The translations under genes and the position numbers were made by a program. From Octopus sinensis (taxonomy: Eukaryota), in contig NC_042998.1 of NCBI RefSeq assembly GCF_006345805.1, forward strand, positions 59,768,001-59,832,000: a DNA stretch of 64,000 nucleotides, given 5' to 3'. The notes under the pieces are model-generated. The model saw only the letters and a program-made list of their open reading frames with translations. It was not told where the DNA came from and did not search any database. Below are positions 39,245-53,816 of this stretch, piece by piece; positions within the stretch are counted from its first letter, which is position 1, and the number at the start of each line of letters is the position of its first letter.

Positions 39245-39420
39245 TAGAGAGGGTAAGTCGATTACATTGTCGCCAGTATTCAACTGGTACTAATTTTATC
39301 GACCCCGAAAGGATGAAGGGCAAAGCCGACCTTGGCGGTATTTGAACTCAGATTGTATTGACAGACGAACCTGGTAAAAACTTTTCCCTGGAGTGCTAAC
39401 GATTCTACCAGTTCAGCGAA
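39245..39420 (-). mobile_element. SINE (GGCGAGCTGG family)
   Basis: ttcaactggtactaattttatcgaccccgaaaggatgaagggcaaagccgaccttggcggtatttgaactcag. Confidence 0.75.
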
Positions 39421-42400
39421 TTAAGCTGTGCATACATACATATTGACTGGATCCCAAGAGAGGTGATATAGATTCAAAAATATTAGTGGTGGTGGGCAGG
39501 AGTTAATAACATCATTTAAAAATGGATTTAGGATGTCAGTATACATGAACACGCATAATGCCAAAAACTAATTTCAATACATTGTTATATGAATTTTTTA
39601 GATTTTCTTCCTCCATTTGAAAGTATGTACCATTTATCTTTTAGAAAAAATTAATTCTATTTAGTAGATGAGGAGAAATGAATTTTCAATATGCTTTTCT
39701 TTTTAAAACGTTGATACTTTATAGAAAATTGAACAGGAAATTCAGATCTCTTCTAAAATGGAATACTCGGAAGTTCATATGAAATCTGAAAAGAAATATC
39801 AACAAAACGTGATTTCACATAGGTTTAACGTTGACAAAAAAGCATGTAATTGAAACCATTTCTACTGGATATTAAGATTGAAAATCGATTTAGTTCAGTT
39901 AGGATGGCTGATAACAACCTGAAGTTTATTTTTCTTTCAAAGCCGTACATTTCGTGGACATTGTAGTGAGGTAATGAGGGAAATGGTGTTTTACGAAACA
40001 CTTATATCCTTGTGTAGAGCTTAAGTGACATAAATGCTATGTATTTCGCTGGGCCAGGTATCAAAGTTTATAAACCTAGTTTACCCACCAAAAATCTACA
40101 CTTTAAATCTTACATAGGTTTCAGGAAATAAACTGCAATTAGATTGGTGCATCGCTGCTAATGGATTTACATTATTAAAACGGCCATTACTATAACTTCA
40201 GTCTAATGCTAATTATTCCATCACACTCTGTCCAATCAATGTGAAGTTTACAGAGTGAAGAAAAGCAAATCAACAACCTAGTTTATACCATAAAATATAA
40301 TCGAAGGCAAGTGCATAGATACAAACATACGCTTACATGCTCCATCTCCATTCCCCATCGAGTATGGTCACTTTTTGTTCCCTCACTTTTAAGATTTAGT
40401 GCCTTTATATTATGTATGCTTTGTGTCCTTATGATGACGATGATATATACCAGTATTGTATACATTACCACTGACTTTTCGGGTGTTCTAAAACGAACTT
40501 GTAATTCATTCTTATACAGAAAGCCGTAGATATAAGGTTTCATGTTGCAAAGCGTGTAGTTTACTTTAGATCCTGTCAAAATTGTCTTTGAACAAGAACA
40601 CTATTCTTTCCTCATTCTCACTGCGTGTAGTTCCATGAGATTATTCAGACGGAAGCCAACGAAACAGCAATATTTTGGCAAAAGCGTGGTAAAAATTGTA
40701 AGCCTTGCGTTTCTTGGACAATGTACTTTAGGCGCAGCGTTTGCTTGACTGAATTATACTAGCTAGGCATATTTCAAGTAAACAGAAAATTACTGAATGC
40801 TGGGGTATGTCCAAGAGTAGGAAAGAGGAAAGAAATAATGGTTTTGATGGATTATCCTTGATGAAAATGCGTTGACATATTTCAACCAGATCCATGGTGG
40901 ACATATTTTCAAATGTTGTTAAAGGACTTTATTGAATTGCAGATCAAAAAATTGTTGATTTAAATGACTTGGTCAGAAATGAGCAGTGGAGAAATATCCA
41001 GGTTTGTCTAACTAATAATTAGAAGTCTCCATCATCTAGCATAATTTTTCTGCAATAGGGAGACCCTATTTCAATTATTTCGGGGCTGGATTTGTGTCTT
41101 CCGTACAAAGGGATTACTGTTAAAACAGCCGCGAGGACTATAAACCAGACTGATTTTAACGATACTAAAGAATACAGATCTAGAAGATCTGAAGATATGT
41201 TCGAATCAGTTCAGTTACAATGAATGTTAATTTCTATTCATATAAGTAGGTGTTTCTGTGACAAGTCTTTTCTTTCCGAAGTATTTGGTATAGGAATATC
41301 ATCTGCAGTTAATTCCACATTAAAGTAAACAGTTATTTTAACATGCATACTGAAACTTTTACCCCCAGTTAAATTAACAAAAGTTCATCAGTTATTTTGT
41401 AAACAAACAGTACCTCAAACCATCAGCACCGGCTCCACATCAATCAAGTTTTCTGATAAAAGTTTACTTCTTACTACGTTTTTAGAGTGCAGTTCTGAAC
41501 ATCTTCTGTATCCGAAACACCACGTATAAAGCATTGATTAAAACGAGCCTAAGAGCAGAGGACTATAGAGCAGGGTAAAGTCCATGGTTGCAAAGGAATT
41601 GTCTAACCATACACCTATACTTGCAAAGCCAATGAGAGTTATCCGAGGCGTGGTTATTGCTAGTTGAAAACTATATGTTTATTTTACTCTTATAATTGTG
41701 AAAATAGTTCTGAAATGCAAATTGTAAGAACAAAGCAAATGATAAAATAATTTACAAACACAGAGTGGATTATTCAGAAAATGTTTGAACTATGTGATGG
41801 AGTAGAAATGTTGCGTTCGAATAGGTTGGTTATTAACCTCTATTACAATTTTTAGTGTATGTGGACATGTTCTATACATTAACCGCCATTGCTCATTCTA
41901 GGTAGCTGTCTGAAACTACTTGAAATTCTGAAAATATCAGGAGATAAATTGGCAAGTTCGAAAAGTGAAATTCCTATCTTAAGCGGTTATCATTACAAAA
42001 ATAGAGTTCAGTTATTATGGTCTCTTGGGCCTTGGTAAAATTTTAATGATTTTTATGTTATCAGATAAAAATCATGACATGATATATTTCGTTTTAACCG
42101 CTGTAAGTCACGACAGCATATTTGTTGGAAATTAGTATAAGAAAAACCAGATAATCTAAAAATATATATAATGGACAAAATGAGATTATTTTCTTTTATC
42201 CTAATTATACTGGCTGCATATTAGTAACATCATGCATCACATATATTATTGAAATAATATTGCGCCAAAACTGCAGTATTTATATATGTTTTCATAAAGA
42301 ATAGAAATATATCTATGATATAGAAATGCATGAATCTCCGTTGTTTTTCTGTTCGTTATTCCCATCAGCTAGGTCTAATATGAACTTATTTCTTTGGGTT

Positions 42401-43038
42401 AATAACAGTAATTTGTAAAGATACGTATCCTTCATAAATTTTCACAAGTTGCATTAAAAACAACGGCGAAGAGCATTGATTTTAATTCTAAAAATCTCAC
42501 AGCCTACCTCTGTAGCACCTACCAAACTGTATTTGTAGATTATTCAAAGAGTTTCATTGTACAATTGTAACTATCTATTGGAGATAACAACAATTCTATA
42601 TCAAATTTACCTTTCAAAATATGGATTATATTCCTTAAAAATTGATACATAAGTTCTATTTCTTAAAATAATCTGCGTTATTGAAGGTTAATTCTATGAT
42701 ATAGCAATATACATCAGATGAAGTTGAGTAATTCTGAATATTTCGTACGAATAATTAATCAATAGAGTTAACCGTGTAATGAAATCAATATTAATATGCT
42801 ATAAATATGAACATTTAAACTTTCGTCTCAGTTCTTGACACGCATGTCACATATAACAATATCACTTCTATGGAATTCAAGTTGGTAATTATGTTAGCTG
42901 CAATTGTCAAGCAAACAAAAGGCGTACAACATTTGAATTTTACCACTAATACCAAAATGAACAACTTTCCTTTATCCCACACACAGACTCGCATATATAT
43001 TCACACACACACACATACACACAAACACACATATATAT

Positions 43039-43425
43039 GCGCAGGCGGCGCTGTGTGGTAAGAAGCTTCCTTCACAACCACATGGTTCTTGGTTCAGTTC
43101 CACTGAGCGGAAACGTGGGCAAGTTTCTTCTGCTGCAGCCTCGGGCCGACCAAAGCTTTGTGAATGGACACGGTAGACGGAAATTGAAAGAAGTCCATAG
43201 TATCTATGTGTGTGGGTGTGTGTCATTCTGTCTGTGTATATTCCCATTATCGCTTGACAGCCTATGTTGGTGTATTTACGTCCCCGTAACTTAGTGTTTC
43301 AGCAAAAGAGAGTGATAGATTAAGTACTAAGATTAGAAAAATCTTGGGGTCGATTTACTCGACTAACACCCCTAAAGGTGGTGCTCCGGCGTAGCCGCAG
43401 TCAAATAACTGAAATAAATAAATGA
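43039..43425 (+). mobile_element. Full-length tRNA-derived SINE with an uninterrupted target site
   Basis: gcgcaggcggcgctgtgtggtaagaagcttccttcacaaccacatggttcttggttcagttcc...; same family as 6679 and 11101. Confidence 0.85.
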
Positions 43426-43631
43426 AATAAAAGAATATGTATAATATAATAAATGCGAAAACTAATTTCTGTGTATCAATGTGTCACACTTCGACCATGC
43501 TCTCTCACTCCTACTACTGCTCATTTTGGGGTGAGAGTCATAGTAGGGTGGTGGCAAAGACAGACTGAGAGAGAGAGAGAAAGGAAAAGCGAGGAAGAGA
43601 AAGAGAGAGAGAGACAAAGAAATTTAGGTTT

Positions 43632-44054
43632 GGTAGAAGCTATAGCTACTCATAATAAAAAAGTGTACTGGCGGAATGTCCTAGTGAAAACCCCAATAAA
43701 ATGTAAGCAAAATAGACCTGATACAATCATTTGGGTTAGAGAATAGAAGCAGTGTACAGGTTTGGAAATCAGCTGTCCAGAAGATGTTACAATAAAGCTG
43801 AAAATCAGTAAAACAGAGAATACGTACTTTGAACCATTGAGAAGTCTGCAGTTACTCTATCCAAATTACAAGTTCAGTTTTATACCTGTGATTATCGGGG
43901 CCCTGGGATATATATAACAGACTACCCAAATAGCAATCTTGAGAAATTAGGCTTCTCAAAACGAGAAAGGAGAAAGCTAATTCGAAGAGTACAGATTCAG
44001 TCGATTACTGGATCTGTAAAAATCTGTAAAACTTTCCAGACGTTTATCATTTAA
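43632..44054 (+). mobile_element. RLE-type non-LTR retrotransposon 3' fragment (distinct lineage)
   Basis: KQNRPDTIIW..LEISCP..FIPVIIGALG..LEKLGFSK..QIQSITGSVKICKTF. Confidence 0.75.
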
Positions 44055-46479
44055 GTTTATATAAGTACGAGCAAAACGCCCCCATTCCAATGGACGTGTG
44101 CTGAGTTGTCAAACATTTAAACCAAATTTTCTCAAAACAACTTGTCCGACCATCCCATAGGCCTCCCCTTTGAGAAACACTGATTTAACCTAAATTTGAG
44201 ACACCATCAAAAGAAGAAATAAAGATAGACCTTTTTCTATTCCAAAGAAAAATGATTTTATTCACACAAATATGCAACCGAAAAGTTTAAAGTACCAGTA
44301 ATGATAAGGCTGTTGACTGGGAGACCACAAACATGGCTTAAACAGTAAGCTTGGCAGGAAAGAAATTTGTCTTTAAGCAGTACAAAAACAACAAAAAATG
44401 GAAGGTGCAGTTATGTACAGGTTGACGGAAGAAAAGCAGGACAAAAACGATGCATGCAAATGGGTAAGCTAGAGGTAAATCTAGATGGAAAAGCATGATG
44501 AATTTATGAGAACGTACCTGAGACAATAACAATAATAAGTTTATCCGATAAAACATATAGGAAATCAACTTGGGGTGATATTTGATGAAAAGTAACAACT
44601 CAGGGAACTAAGTAACTAATTTTAAGCTAACTTACTTTCCGGGATGTTCAAGGACATGGAAAAGCTACTGGAGCGCAGCCTTGTAAACCACATTCCATGT
44701 TACTCCGTCTGAAGCGTAGTAGAAAAGATTTTTCGAATAGCCAAACCTCGTTGGCTACACAATAGTCTAGTTAGAGTGATTTGAGACAGAAAAGAGACTA
44801 CGTATAGTAGTGGAAATCAGCTGCCTGGCAGATGTCAGCATAAAGCTATAGACCAGCAAAAAAACAAAAAAAGACACGCCGGCGCTCAACTATTGGGAAA
44901 TTTATGGCTAATCTATCTTGATTCCAAATTCAGGTTTATATCTGTAATTTTGGGGGCACAAGGATATACAACACACTGCCTAAGCTCCAAATTCGAGAAA
45001 TTAGGCTACTAAAATCCATAAAGAAAAAACTAATTAAAAGCTTACAGATTCAAACCATCAACAAAACACATTTCGAATTTGGTAAAACTTTTCAGAAGTT
45101 TAGCCTTTAGATATATATGTGTATGTCTAGACATGCGGCTATATGCATGAGTATACATACAAAATCAAAATATACAAATCTGCAATTGCACAGATTACCA
45201 ATACTGCACATATAAACACAAATATGCACCAATACCCAGTTAGCGAATTTAAAAGATCGAAACCGAAAGTGGGAGCATAACCTCCTACTTCTGTGGAAAC
45301 ACGTGTTTTTTTCCTATCAGCCAAGTTCCGGATTTCGCCAGCCACTAAATACCTTACTCAATCGAATTAGTATTGTAAATGACGAAGTTTATAAGCGAGG
45401 AACTGACAGCACTACTAAACATATTCACAGTAAGTTTTCGGTGAATAGATCTCAGCCAGATGCATAAGCATCTGCCTTAGATTAGGGGAAAATGGGGTAA
45501 GTTTATATCTTTTTATATTCTTGGGAAAATATTTTTTTCTGTTATTAGTAACTGAAGTCTTGGTATAATATTATCACTCATAACTGTATGATTGGCACGT
45601 GCTGCGACCTAATACATGACGGAATAATCAAAAGAAACTACGAATACTTGAAAAATCAGTGTATTAAATATGAATACCTCTGATCTGTGTATTGTGCGTC
45701 AATCCTTTGCTAAAGCTATTTTGAAAAATCGCAGTTGTTTCGCTAATAATCTGGACATTGAATAATTTCCTACTTCATCTTTAAATTGAAAGATAACATG
45801 ACTACAATATACATAAAAAGTAATAAGATGTTTTTTTTTAATATACTCATTTGACTTTACTAAATGCATTTTATTTTATGAAAAAGAAATATAATTCTTC
45901 CTAAGAGAAAAAAATTATTATGAACATTTACCGTTTCTAAAGCGGCTTACATGTAGGATCTTCCTTACTGAAATATAATCTTAAACTAAATTCAAGAGAC
46001 ATCTTATGTAATCATTGTTATGCTAATGGTAGGGGGTGAATAGTAACCTGGTGAGGAGAAATTGAAAAACAAACGTTATCCGGTCAGTTGTGTGGAGTGT
46101 AACGACTGGAATGTTATGAAAAAATGAGCAGCATATGCAGAACAAAGAAAGTAATTCGACTATATTACAGGATTATACAACACTGCCTAACAACATACAT
46201 ACAACAACAAAAAATATCTATCATTCATTTATTGACGTAGAGAGAAATAATATATTCACGGATTTTAGGGAAAAACTTGGCGTTGTTGTGCTTTTATTAC
46301 AACTTCTCAAATATTTACAAATGTTTGAGATGTTGCAACTTGTAAATTATATAAGAGTTGAATGTCTACCAACCTTGACCTAGTTTTTGACATTATTTTC
46401 ATTATAGAAAAGCCTTATTTGCATTTGTATATACTATTAAACGGGCTGACATATCTCCGAACGAAGCAAACCATTTTGG

Positions 46480-47375
46480 GGTAGCTTAGGAAGAGTTATT
46501 TTCATTCGCAGTTCCGTTCGTGCTATGTGTTCATCATTGGCGTTAAATGGATTTACAAAAATGTCAAAATTACATTCTTTGTCTTTGAAGTTCTTATCTC
46601 ATGTGTTTAGTTCATTTTCCATCTCACTTAATTCACTCACCCCTCGTAAGTGGCTAATGTGGGGGAATGGATAGAGTCACCACATTTGAGTTGATTCTCC
46701 GGAATTTTCGGTTTTGTCTCAAAAGCTTTGATGTCAGTATACTTTTCACGAATCAAGTGATTTTCCTTTGGCAATTTTAAATTGAGATTTTTTAATAAGG
46801 TGTGATATGTACGAGAAATGCAATGTCACATATCTCTTTACGATCCTTTAGATAGCGAACAAATATACCCTTCATTTCTAAAAAGGTGCACGCGTCTTCT
46901 CAATGGATATAAAAGCTTTGAACCACCTCTCTATACTTTGTCAGTGAACACTACAGAATATGAAACCAGATCGCCATACAAAGTTTTCCTAAGACATCTT
47001 TGAATTGGTAATTGTTAAGTGCCCAGGATTTTATAAAATGTATGGTTGAAACAACTACAAGTGTAGCATTGTCCAATTTTACGGGCCTAGCACGTAAATT
47101 ATCTTTATATGTTGGGTAATGAATCATTGCAATCTCATCGTTTGCAAAACTCAAAAGAGCTTAATTCTTCCTTTAATTTGGATAGAAAGCCTATCTGAGG
47201 TCCAGTTGCTATTGGAGTCAGCCCCCGCCACCACCATCCCAGTTATTTTGCTGACGAGCCTTTCAAACGAGAGATCCAACTTCGTTCATGCCTTCGTCAT
47301 TACTAAATACATGTTGTATACTGTTGTGGCGTCTTTCATTGAATGGACAGTAATTCGTCAGTGATCTAAAATGAT
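46480..47375 (-). mobile_element. Fossil hAT transposase (Charlie/SPIN, GTF2IRD2-like group)
   Basis: Across frameshifts: TDELLSI..KDATT, IAMIHYPTYKDNL..VVVSTIHFIKSWALN..QFK, YGDLVSYSVV, LEMKG..CDIAFLVHIT..LNLKL..IKAFETK, FDIFVNPF. Confidence 0.75.
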
Positions 47376-47430
47376 TTATCAGTACAACGTATGAAACTTT
47401 ACTGCTAAGCCGACTGATATATATACATAT

Positions 47431-47480
<50 letters not shown>

Positions 47481-48784
47481 TTAGTCGATAGACACTGAAA
47501 ATTAATCAAATCATCTTATATCTTCTCATTGCAAACTCTTGATATCTACTGCACCTTCTTCAAACAATCTTGTGATTGTTCAGAAAAACAAGCTGATCTT
47601 GTTAAACGTAGTTAAATAAACTAAGCGGAAAAAACACGCTCTTTTACAGGTTCACTCTCGGTATCGTTTTTAGGATATTTGGTAACTTTTCCGCTACTAA
47701 TATATCTTGCATGTACACTTTCTTTGATTTCTATCTGCCTTTTAGAAAAGAACGCATTTAGGCTCCCGGGTTGTTTCTTGAGCGCTTCAGGTTTTTGGTT
47801 TCTAACACCTAACCCTAACCCTGCTTTCTAATATACCCATTACATTTACCGTGCCTTGAATGTTTTGAAGTGTAGCGCCATTTATCATTTCAATATTTAA
47901 AAGTGGAGATGGATTCATAACATGTAAAACACATATTTTGTTTATTTTTTATTGCCTATAATCTTTTGTCCAAATTTCTTGAAACTATCCCATTTGGAAA
48001 TTCTTCCGTTTTGAATGGGATTATACATGGCCACACATTTAAAGAAAACAGTTTCACCTGTAAACACACACCTGATAAACTACAATTCTCTCAACACATC
48101 CTTCAAAATAATTGTAACTATTCTAACCACGATCATTCAAATATGATGGCATACATATCAACAAATATATGGAATCTATGTTTACATAAACACAAAAACG
48201 TTAATAACAGAAACGATTACAATTTTTAAAAATACTCCAATTGAAATAAAATAAAATCTTTAATTACTGTAACAGGCACTTTCTAGGAGCTACACGGAAA
48301 GGAGTCAGACATGAAATGTTGTTTATAATAAATACATTCTTAAGTTTACAGAAAAAAAAACTTGATTGAAAACATGCCTAAAAAATTGACCAAAAGACAC
48401 AGGAAAATAACCCTTAAAAAGAACAGCTTTATCTTGATTCACTGATAAATATTGAGCGAACTAGCAACTTAAAACCATGTCTACCACCAACAAAGCCAAA
48501 ACCAATAAGATGAAGAGGCAGAAAAATAACAGTCAGTGAATACCAAGCAGAACTGAATGAACTAAGACAAGCCTAAAGACAACACCTACAGTAACGAATA
48601 TAAATATTCTGTTAAAACTGAAATGTAAAAATCGCAGATTGAGAGGCGTTAAACACCCGTTGTAAGATAAACATTCAGTAGCATTAGACTTTTATGCATG
48701 GGTCTTTGTACGTGTAGTGCCTAAGAATATCATTTCTCTATTTTATGTATATGTGTGCGCTTGGTGTTTGACGCAAATGAAATA

Positions 48785-49995
48785 TACAAGAAAAGTCTTG
48801 ACCCCAAAAAAAAACATAGTACAAGACTTCTGACGGTTTATTTTCAACAAATCCACTTTGGTGGCTGAACGCTTTCTCTAGCGGTGTTAAAGCACCATTA
48901 TCCCGGCGTAGAGGAACTCTTTTGTTTGAGATTCCAAGAAACTTCCTACAGCGTCTATGGCGTCATTGTTAGTGGCAAAATGGCAACCAGCCAGGGCTTT
49001 TTCATTTTGGGGAACAGATGAAAGTAAGAGAGGACTACGTTTGGCGGACGGGGAACAAGTTCGTATCCACAATCACGAATTGTTGCCATGGCAACCATTG
49101 AGGTGTGGGCGGGAGCATTGTTGTGAGAAAAAAGGACTATTCTGGTGAGCATTTCCGGCCTTTATTCTTTGATTGCTTCTCGAAGGCGTTTCAGTAGCTG
49201 AGAATAATACAGCCCTGTGACGGTGTGACCCTTTTCAAGGTAATCGATCAGCAACATAAGTTGAGAATCCACCAAAAATCTGACGCCATGACCTTGCCAG
49301 CTGAAGGAATGACACTGGCCTTCTTTGAGGTAGGAGAAGATGTGTGTTTCCAGTGCATTGATTATTCTTTGGTTTCAGGCTGGTAGTGATGAAACCAACT
49401 TTCGTCCATAGTAATGAAACGAACAAGAAAATTCTCTTCAACGGCTTCAAACAGATCCAGGTTGCTCGTAGACAAAGTGCACATACTGGGTTTCTGTTTA
49501 GGAGTCAAGAGGAGAGGGACCCACCTTGCAGAAACCTTTGAGAACCTAAGTTCTTTTGTCACAATGATGCCTGCTCTTTCAGTTGAGATGCCCAGTCTCT
49601 CGGCTATCTGACGACATGATATTCGAAGATGTAGCACTATCATACCAAGAGCAACGTCAATGTTGTCCTCGGTGGTTGTAGTTAGAGGTCTCCCTGGTCT
49701 GAGATCATCTTCCACACTCTCCCTGCCACGCTGGGATTTATTTACCCAGCGTTTGACGGTTGCATATCAAGGTTCTCACCATATCTTCATAGATTTCTGA
49801 TGGAGTCATGCCTTTCAAATGAAGGTACTTTATGATAGCACTATACTCAGTTTTCCCCATTTTCCTTGCAACCTCAAGACTTGTTTATTCAAAAATCAAC
49901 AAAAAGAAATTATCATGAAAATGAGCAAGAATACACTGAAAAGATTGTAATTACCAGAAAAAATTGTTTCAGCTCCCCAGCAGCCCCGTTTCTAG
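48785..49995 (-). mobile_element. Mariner transposon, decayed transposase (about 49860 to 48838)
   Basis: MGKTEYSAIIKYL, PGRPLT, SARWVP, FITMDESWFHHYQPETK, LFSHNNAPAH; residual ggggctgctg TIR-like end. Confidence 0.9.
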
Positions 49996-51039
49996 ATTAG
50001 TCTCAAAACCTTTCCTAAAACCCACGTAATTCAACATGCAAGTGTAAAATTGTGCTGCTAAATAAGCAGTGAATGTGTGTGTGTGTGTGTGTATTTGTGT
50101 GTGTGCTTGTGTATGCGCGCGCGCGCGTGTGTTTGTGTGTGAACGTGTGTGTGTAATTATAACAAATTACAGTTAAACTAGAAACCACTGCGTAAAGCAT
50201 GTTATTTTATTAACACGAGTCAAGCTTTGTACAAATATAAGGTGTTAACTGAGTAGTATTCCTCGATTTTATATCAATGATAGAAAACTGTCAAACTGCA
50301 TTTTGGCTATGACAGTACATAAACTAAACGAAACTGGCTTCGCAGTATTTCTTTCTGTAGATGCTCTATACAAAAAGTATCGTGCACATGGGAACAATAG
50401 CCGTGCCGAAAGGGTTCTCCTCGTCAAAGAAATCATCAGTGAGATTTTCCAGTTTTAATAATATTTGAACATTTCAATTATTTACTTGATAATCATATTC
50501 GTGTGGATTCTTTAATTGTATATATAAGTTCTCATTCATTATATCTCTTATAATATTTATAATGAGAAATTATAACTACTAATGTAGAATTCCTTTACTT
50601 GAGGTAAATTATATATAAATTATATATATATCTAAAACTTATCTGGCTTCTAAAGTTAATAAATCATTTATATTCAAATATCAGAAAGCTTAAATCCGGT
50701 CTTTGTCGTTGCACTTTTATTATCGCTATTTTAATCATAACCGTATGATTAAAATGCTTGTTGTACAATCATGGGGCTTGTGATTTGTTTCAGCTGTACG
50801 GTATCTAGTGAAAATGTCTTCTACAATAATAACAATAAAAACACTGGAACTCGATTACGACGATGTAGGTAAGAGTTGATCCGATCAACAGAAGAGCTTG
50901 CTCGGGAAATTAACGTGCAAATGGCTGAGCACTCCAAAGACACGTGTGCCTTTAACGTAGTTCTCAGAGAGATTCAGCATGATACAGAGTGTGACAAGGA
51001 TGGCCCTTTGAAATACAGGTTCTGCTCAGCTTTATCAGT

Positions 51040-51150
51040 GGGTGGACTGGAACAACGTGAAATGAGGCATCTTGCTCAAGAATACAACACGTCGCCGGAA
51101 ATTGAACTCACGACCTTACGATCGCATGCGCAATACCCTCTACAATACAC
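51040..51150 (-). mobile_element. tRNA-derived SINE head fragment
   Basis: caacgtgaaatgag..ttgctcaagaatacaac..gaaattgaactcacgacc (reverse-strand B-box-like). Confidence 0.5.
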
Positions 51151-51885
51151 TATGGTCAATACAATGTATTGTATATGTAGGTGGGTGATTCATTATATTC
51201 GTCACTCAGCTAAACACTGCGGCCTGTTTCTTTAGTACCATTTGTGGAGCACGAATCTGTAAGAAGCAAATAGACCAGATTACTAGTTTCTTTCTCGCAC
51301 ATCCCCGTCTACCCCGAGGTCTTGCAAAAGATTATATGTTTCGTAACATTCGCCTCCAACTAATCCTTCATATATAATGGTAATGTCATTTTGAATAGCA
51401 TCTATTGCTACTTTTCAAAGTCTGCCATATAGTTATTCTTGTAATTATTAGATTGCTTAATGTTCACAAAACAATTAAAGTCAAGAGAATTGTATAATGG
51501 TTCGAACGGAGAATTGATAATGCATCAATGTAAAAAACATTTAAAATTATGCCTTTGTCATTTTTTGTGCTTTTAGATTTGTTCGTTGCCATCAGACAGA
51601 ATCTAAGGACGTGTATTAAAGTGGTAACACTCACATTATACATCACTGAAGAATCAAAGCAATAATTTCGAAACCATAGGAAAAATACTGTAATATTTAC
51701 TTTTGTATAGTTCTTAAATACGCCAAGAAGTCTTAAACAGGTTTCCTCACACTTTTGTAACCTGGCGATTCTATTACATTGCTAGACACCTCACAGAGTC
51801 AAAGAGATTAACAAAGGAGAATGTAACACTTTGTATAACTTTTCAATGTCTAACATTACTTTTCTATGCTGTAATGTGATGAAAA

Positions 51886-52085
51886 AGGTGGCGAGCTGGA
51901 AGAAAAGGCCGCGAATTCAAATTCCATTTTGAGTTCAAATTCCGCTGAGATTAACTTTGCCTTTCATCCTTCCGAGGTCTATAAAATAAGTATCAGTTGA
52001 ACAATGGGGTTGATGTAATCGACTTACCCTATCTCCAGAAAGTGCAGGCCTTGTGTCAAAATATGAAATCAATATTACTACAATG
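51886..52085 (+). mobile_element. tRNA-derived SINE (GGCGAGCTGG family)
   Basis: ggtggcgagctggaagaa head, B box gagttcaaattcc, ctttgcctttcatcc body. Confidence 0.75.
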
Positions 52086-53039
52086 AATAAGTACTTAATC
52101 GTGGAATTTTCTCCGTTGAAATGTAACTGCTTTTTGACTTCTAGAGTCGATTTAAGCAAGTATGCTTATTCCCTAAATTCCTAGAATTGCATCAATGGTA
52201 GAAATTAATATGCATAAACCAGTTAAGATATATGAGCTGGTAGAAGCAGATAGTTATTTGTTTACAAATTGCTCACACTTATTTATTTCCCTCTGTATTT
52301 GCTATCTACAGTATAAATACCTGTATTGTATGGAAGAACTATGTCTATTATTCTCTACCTCTGCAGGAAATGGCTCTGGTAGACAGCAAGCATTACTTAC
52401 GTAGAATATATGTTTATATCGTTGAATGTCTCAGATCTGTAATTTTGTTTGATTTAATCTTTTTTTTTTTATTTGAGTAAACACTTAATCATTGTATTGT
52501 ATAAAGTATTTTCAATTCTGTTGCATATGCTAAAAAACGTAGCATATATATTAAATAAAGAGTAAATATATTCAAGAAAATAAAAGTCACATGATTCATA
52601 TAAAAATAAAGGTGTCGTACTTAGAAAAAGATGAGCGATATTAATGCAAACCATAATAAAGTACTTATTGTTATGGACAATATATGTATCTGATGTTCAT
52701 TTGAAAATAAAATTACGCATTTTTCTGAAGAAAAATTTTCTTTGTGAACCATTTTTACTTAAAGTATTATTTTATTATCATGTTTTTTAATCTTTGAATT
52801 CTTAGAATTCTTCATAAAAGAAAAAAATGTTTCTTTGTAACTATCGAATACTTTTATACCACATTAGTTTTGAAATCACACTTGTATATCATCGCATGCT
52901 TTTTATTTTCTCTTATAGAGTATCATTAAGTAATAAAATTTAATAGCATCGAACATCACTATTGACGTTATGATCATCATTATCATCATCGTCACCTTCA
53001 TCAGATCCATCATCACTTTGCAGTTGTTGTTTTTGTGGT

Positions 53040-53064
53040 TCTTCTTCTTCGTCGTCTTCTTCTT

Positions 53065-53157
<93 letters not shown>
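53040..53157. repeat. (TTC)n(TTA)n compound microsatellite
   Basis: Direct inspection. Confidence 0.95.
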
Positions 53158-53712
53158 GAGTGAGAGAGCAGTGCATGCCATCAAAGTGACACTGGGGAAA
53201 AATATACGAAGCCCAATATATCCATCATGACTATCCGTCTGATAAGGGTAAACTAGGCACATGCATCACAACCATATGTGCGCGACATGGTGATCTGATA
53301 TCAAGATAAACAGCGCATGACCTTGCAGGTGGGACCCAGTTAGAATTTTCTTCTGCTCGAGTAGCTCATTCCGCTCAAAAGTTCCCTGAATAAAGAGTGT
53401 TTAAGGATATTGAACAAACCAGCCATTTTCCCAAAGGTGAATTATCCAAAACTCTAAGAATTCCTTTCAACACACGGCTATGATGCTCCCCCACTACTTC
53501 TGCTCATGATCAGAGGTGCACATATCGTCAGCCACTAAGAGACATAGTCAACTGGTTAAGGTGAAACAACAGACAAGCAAATCTGTGGTATTGAGCTGAA
53601 TATTTGCTGTAGCCCATCTTTTATACCAAGACAAAATAATGTACATGATAACACTTCCAATCAGTTAAGATTAGAAGTCATGAGAGCCACTGTCTGATAC
53701 TCTATCAGGGCA
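53158..53712 (-). mobile_element. Non-coding interspersed element embedded between TAA/TTA arrays
   Basis: 555-bp insert bounded by TTA arrays; the minus-strand end runs into (TAA)n; resembles a recalled high-copy octopus repeat. Confidence 0.55.
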
Positions 53713-53727
53713 TCGTTTGCTGTCATC

Positions 53728-53816
<89 letters not shown>

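Noticed and set aside
34300-42900. Repeat-poor AT-rich stretch searched for host exons
   Set aside because: No ORF with recognisable homology or credible splice boundaries; small exons or conserved non-coding elements cannot be excluded without alignment.
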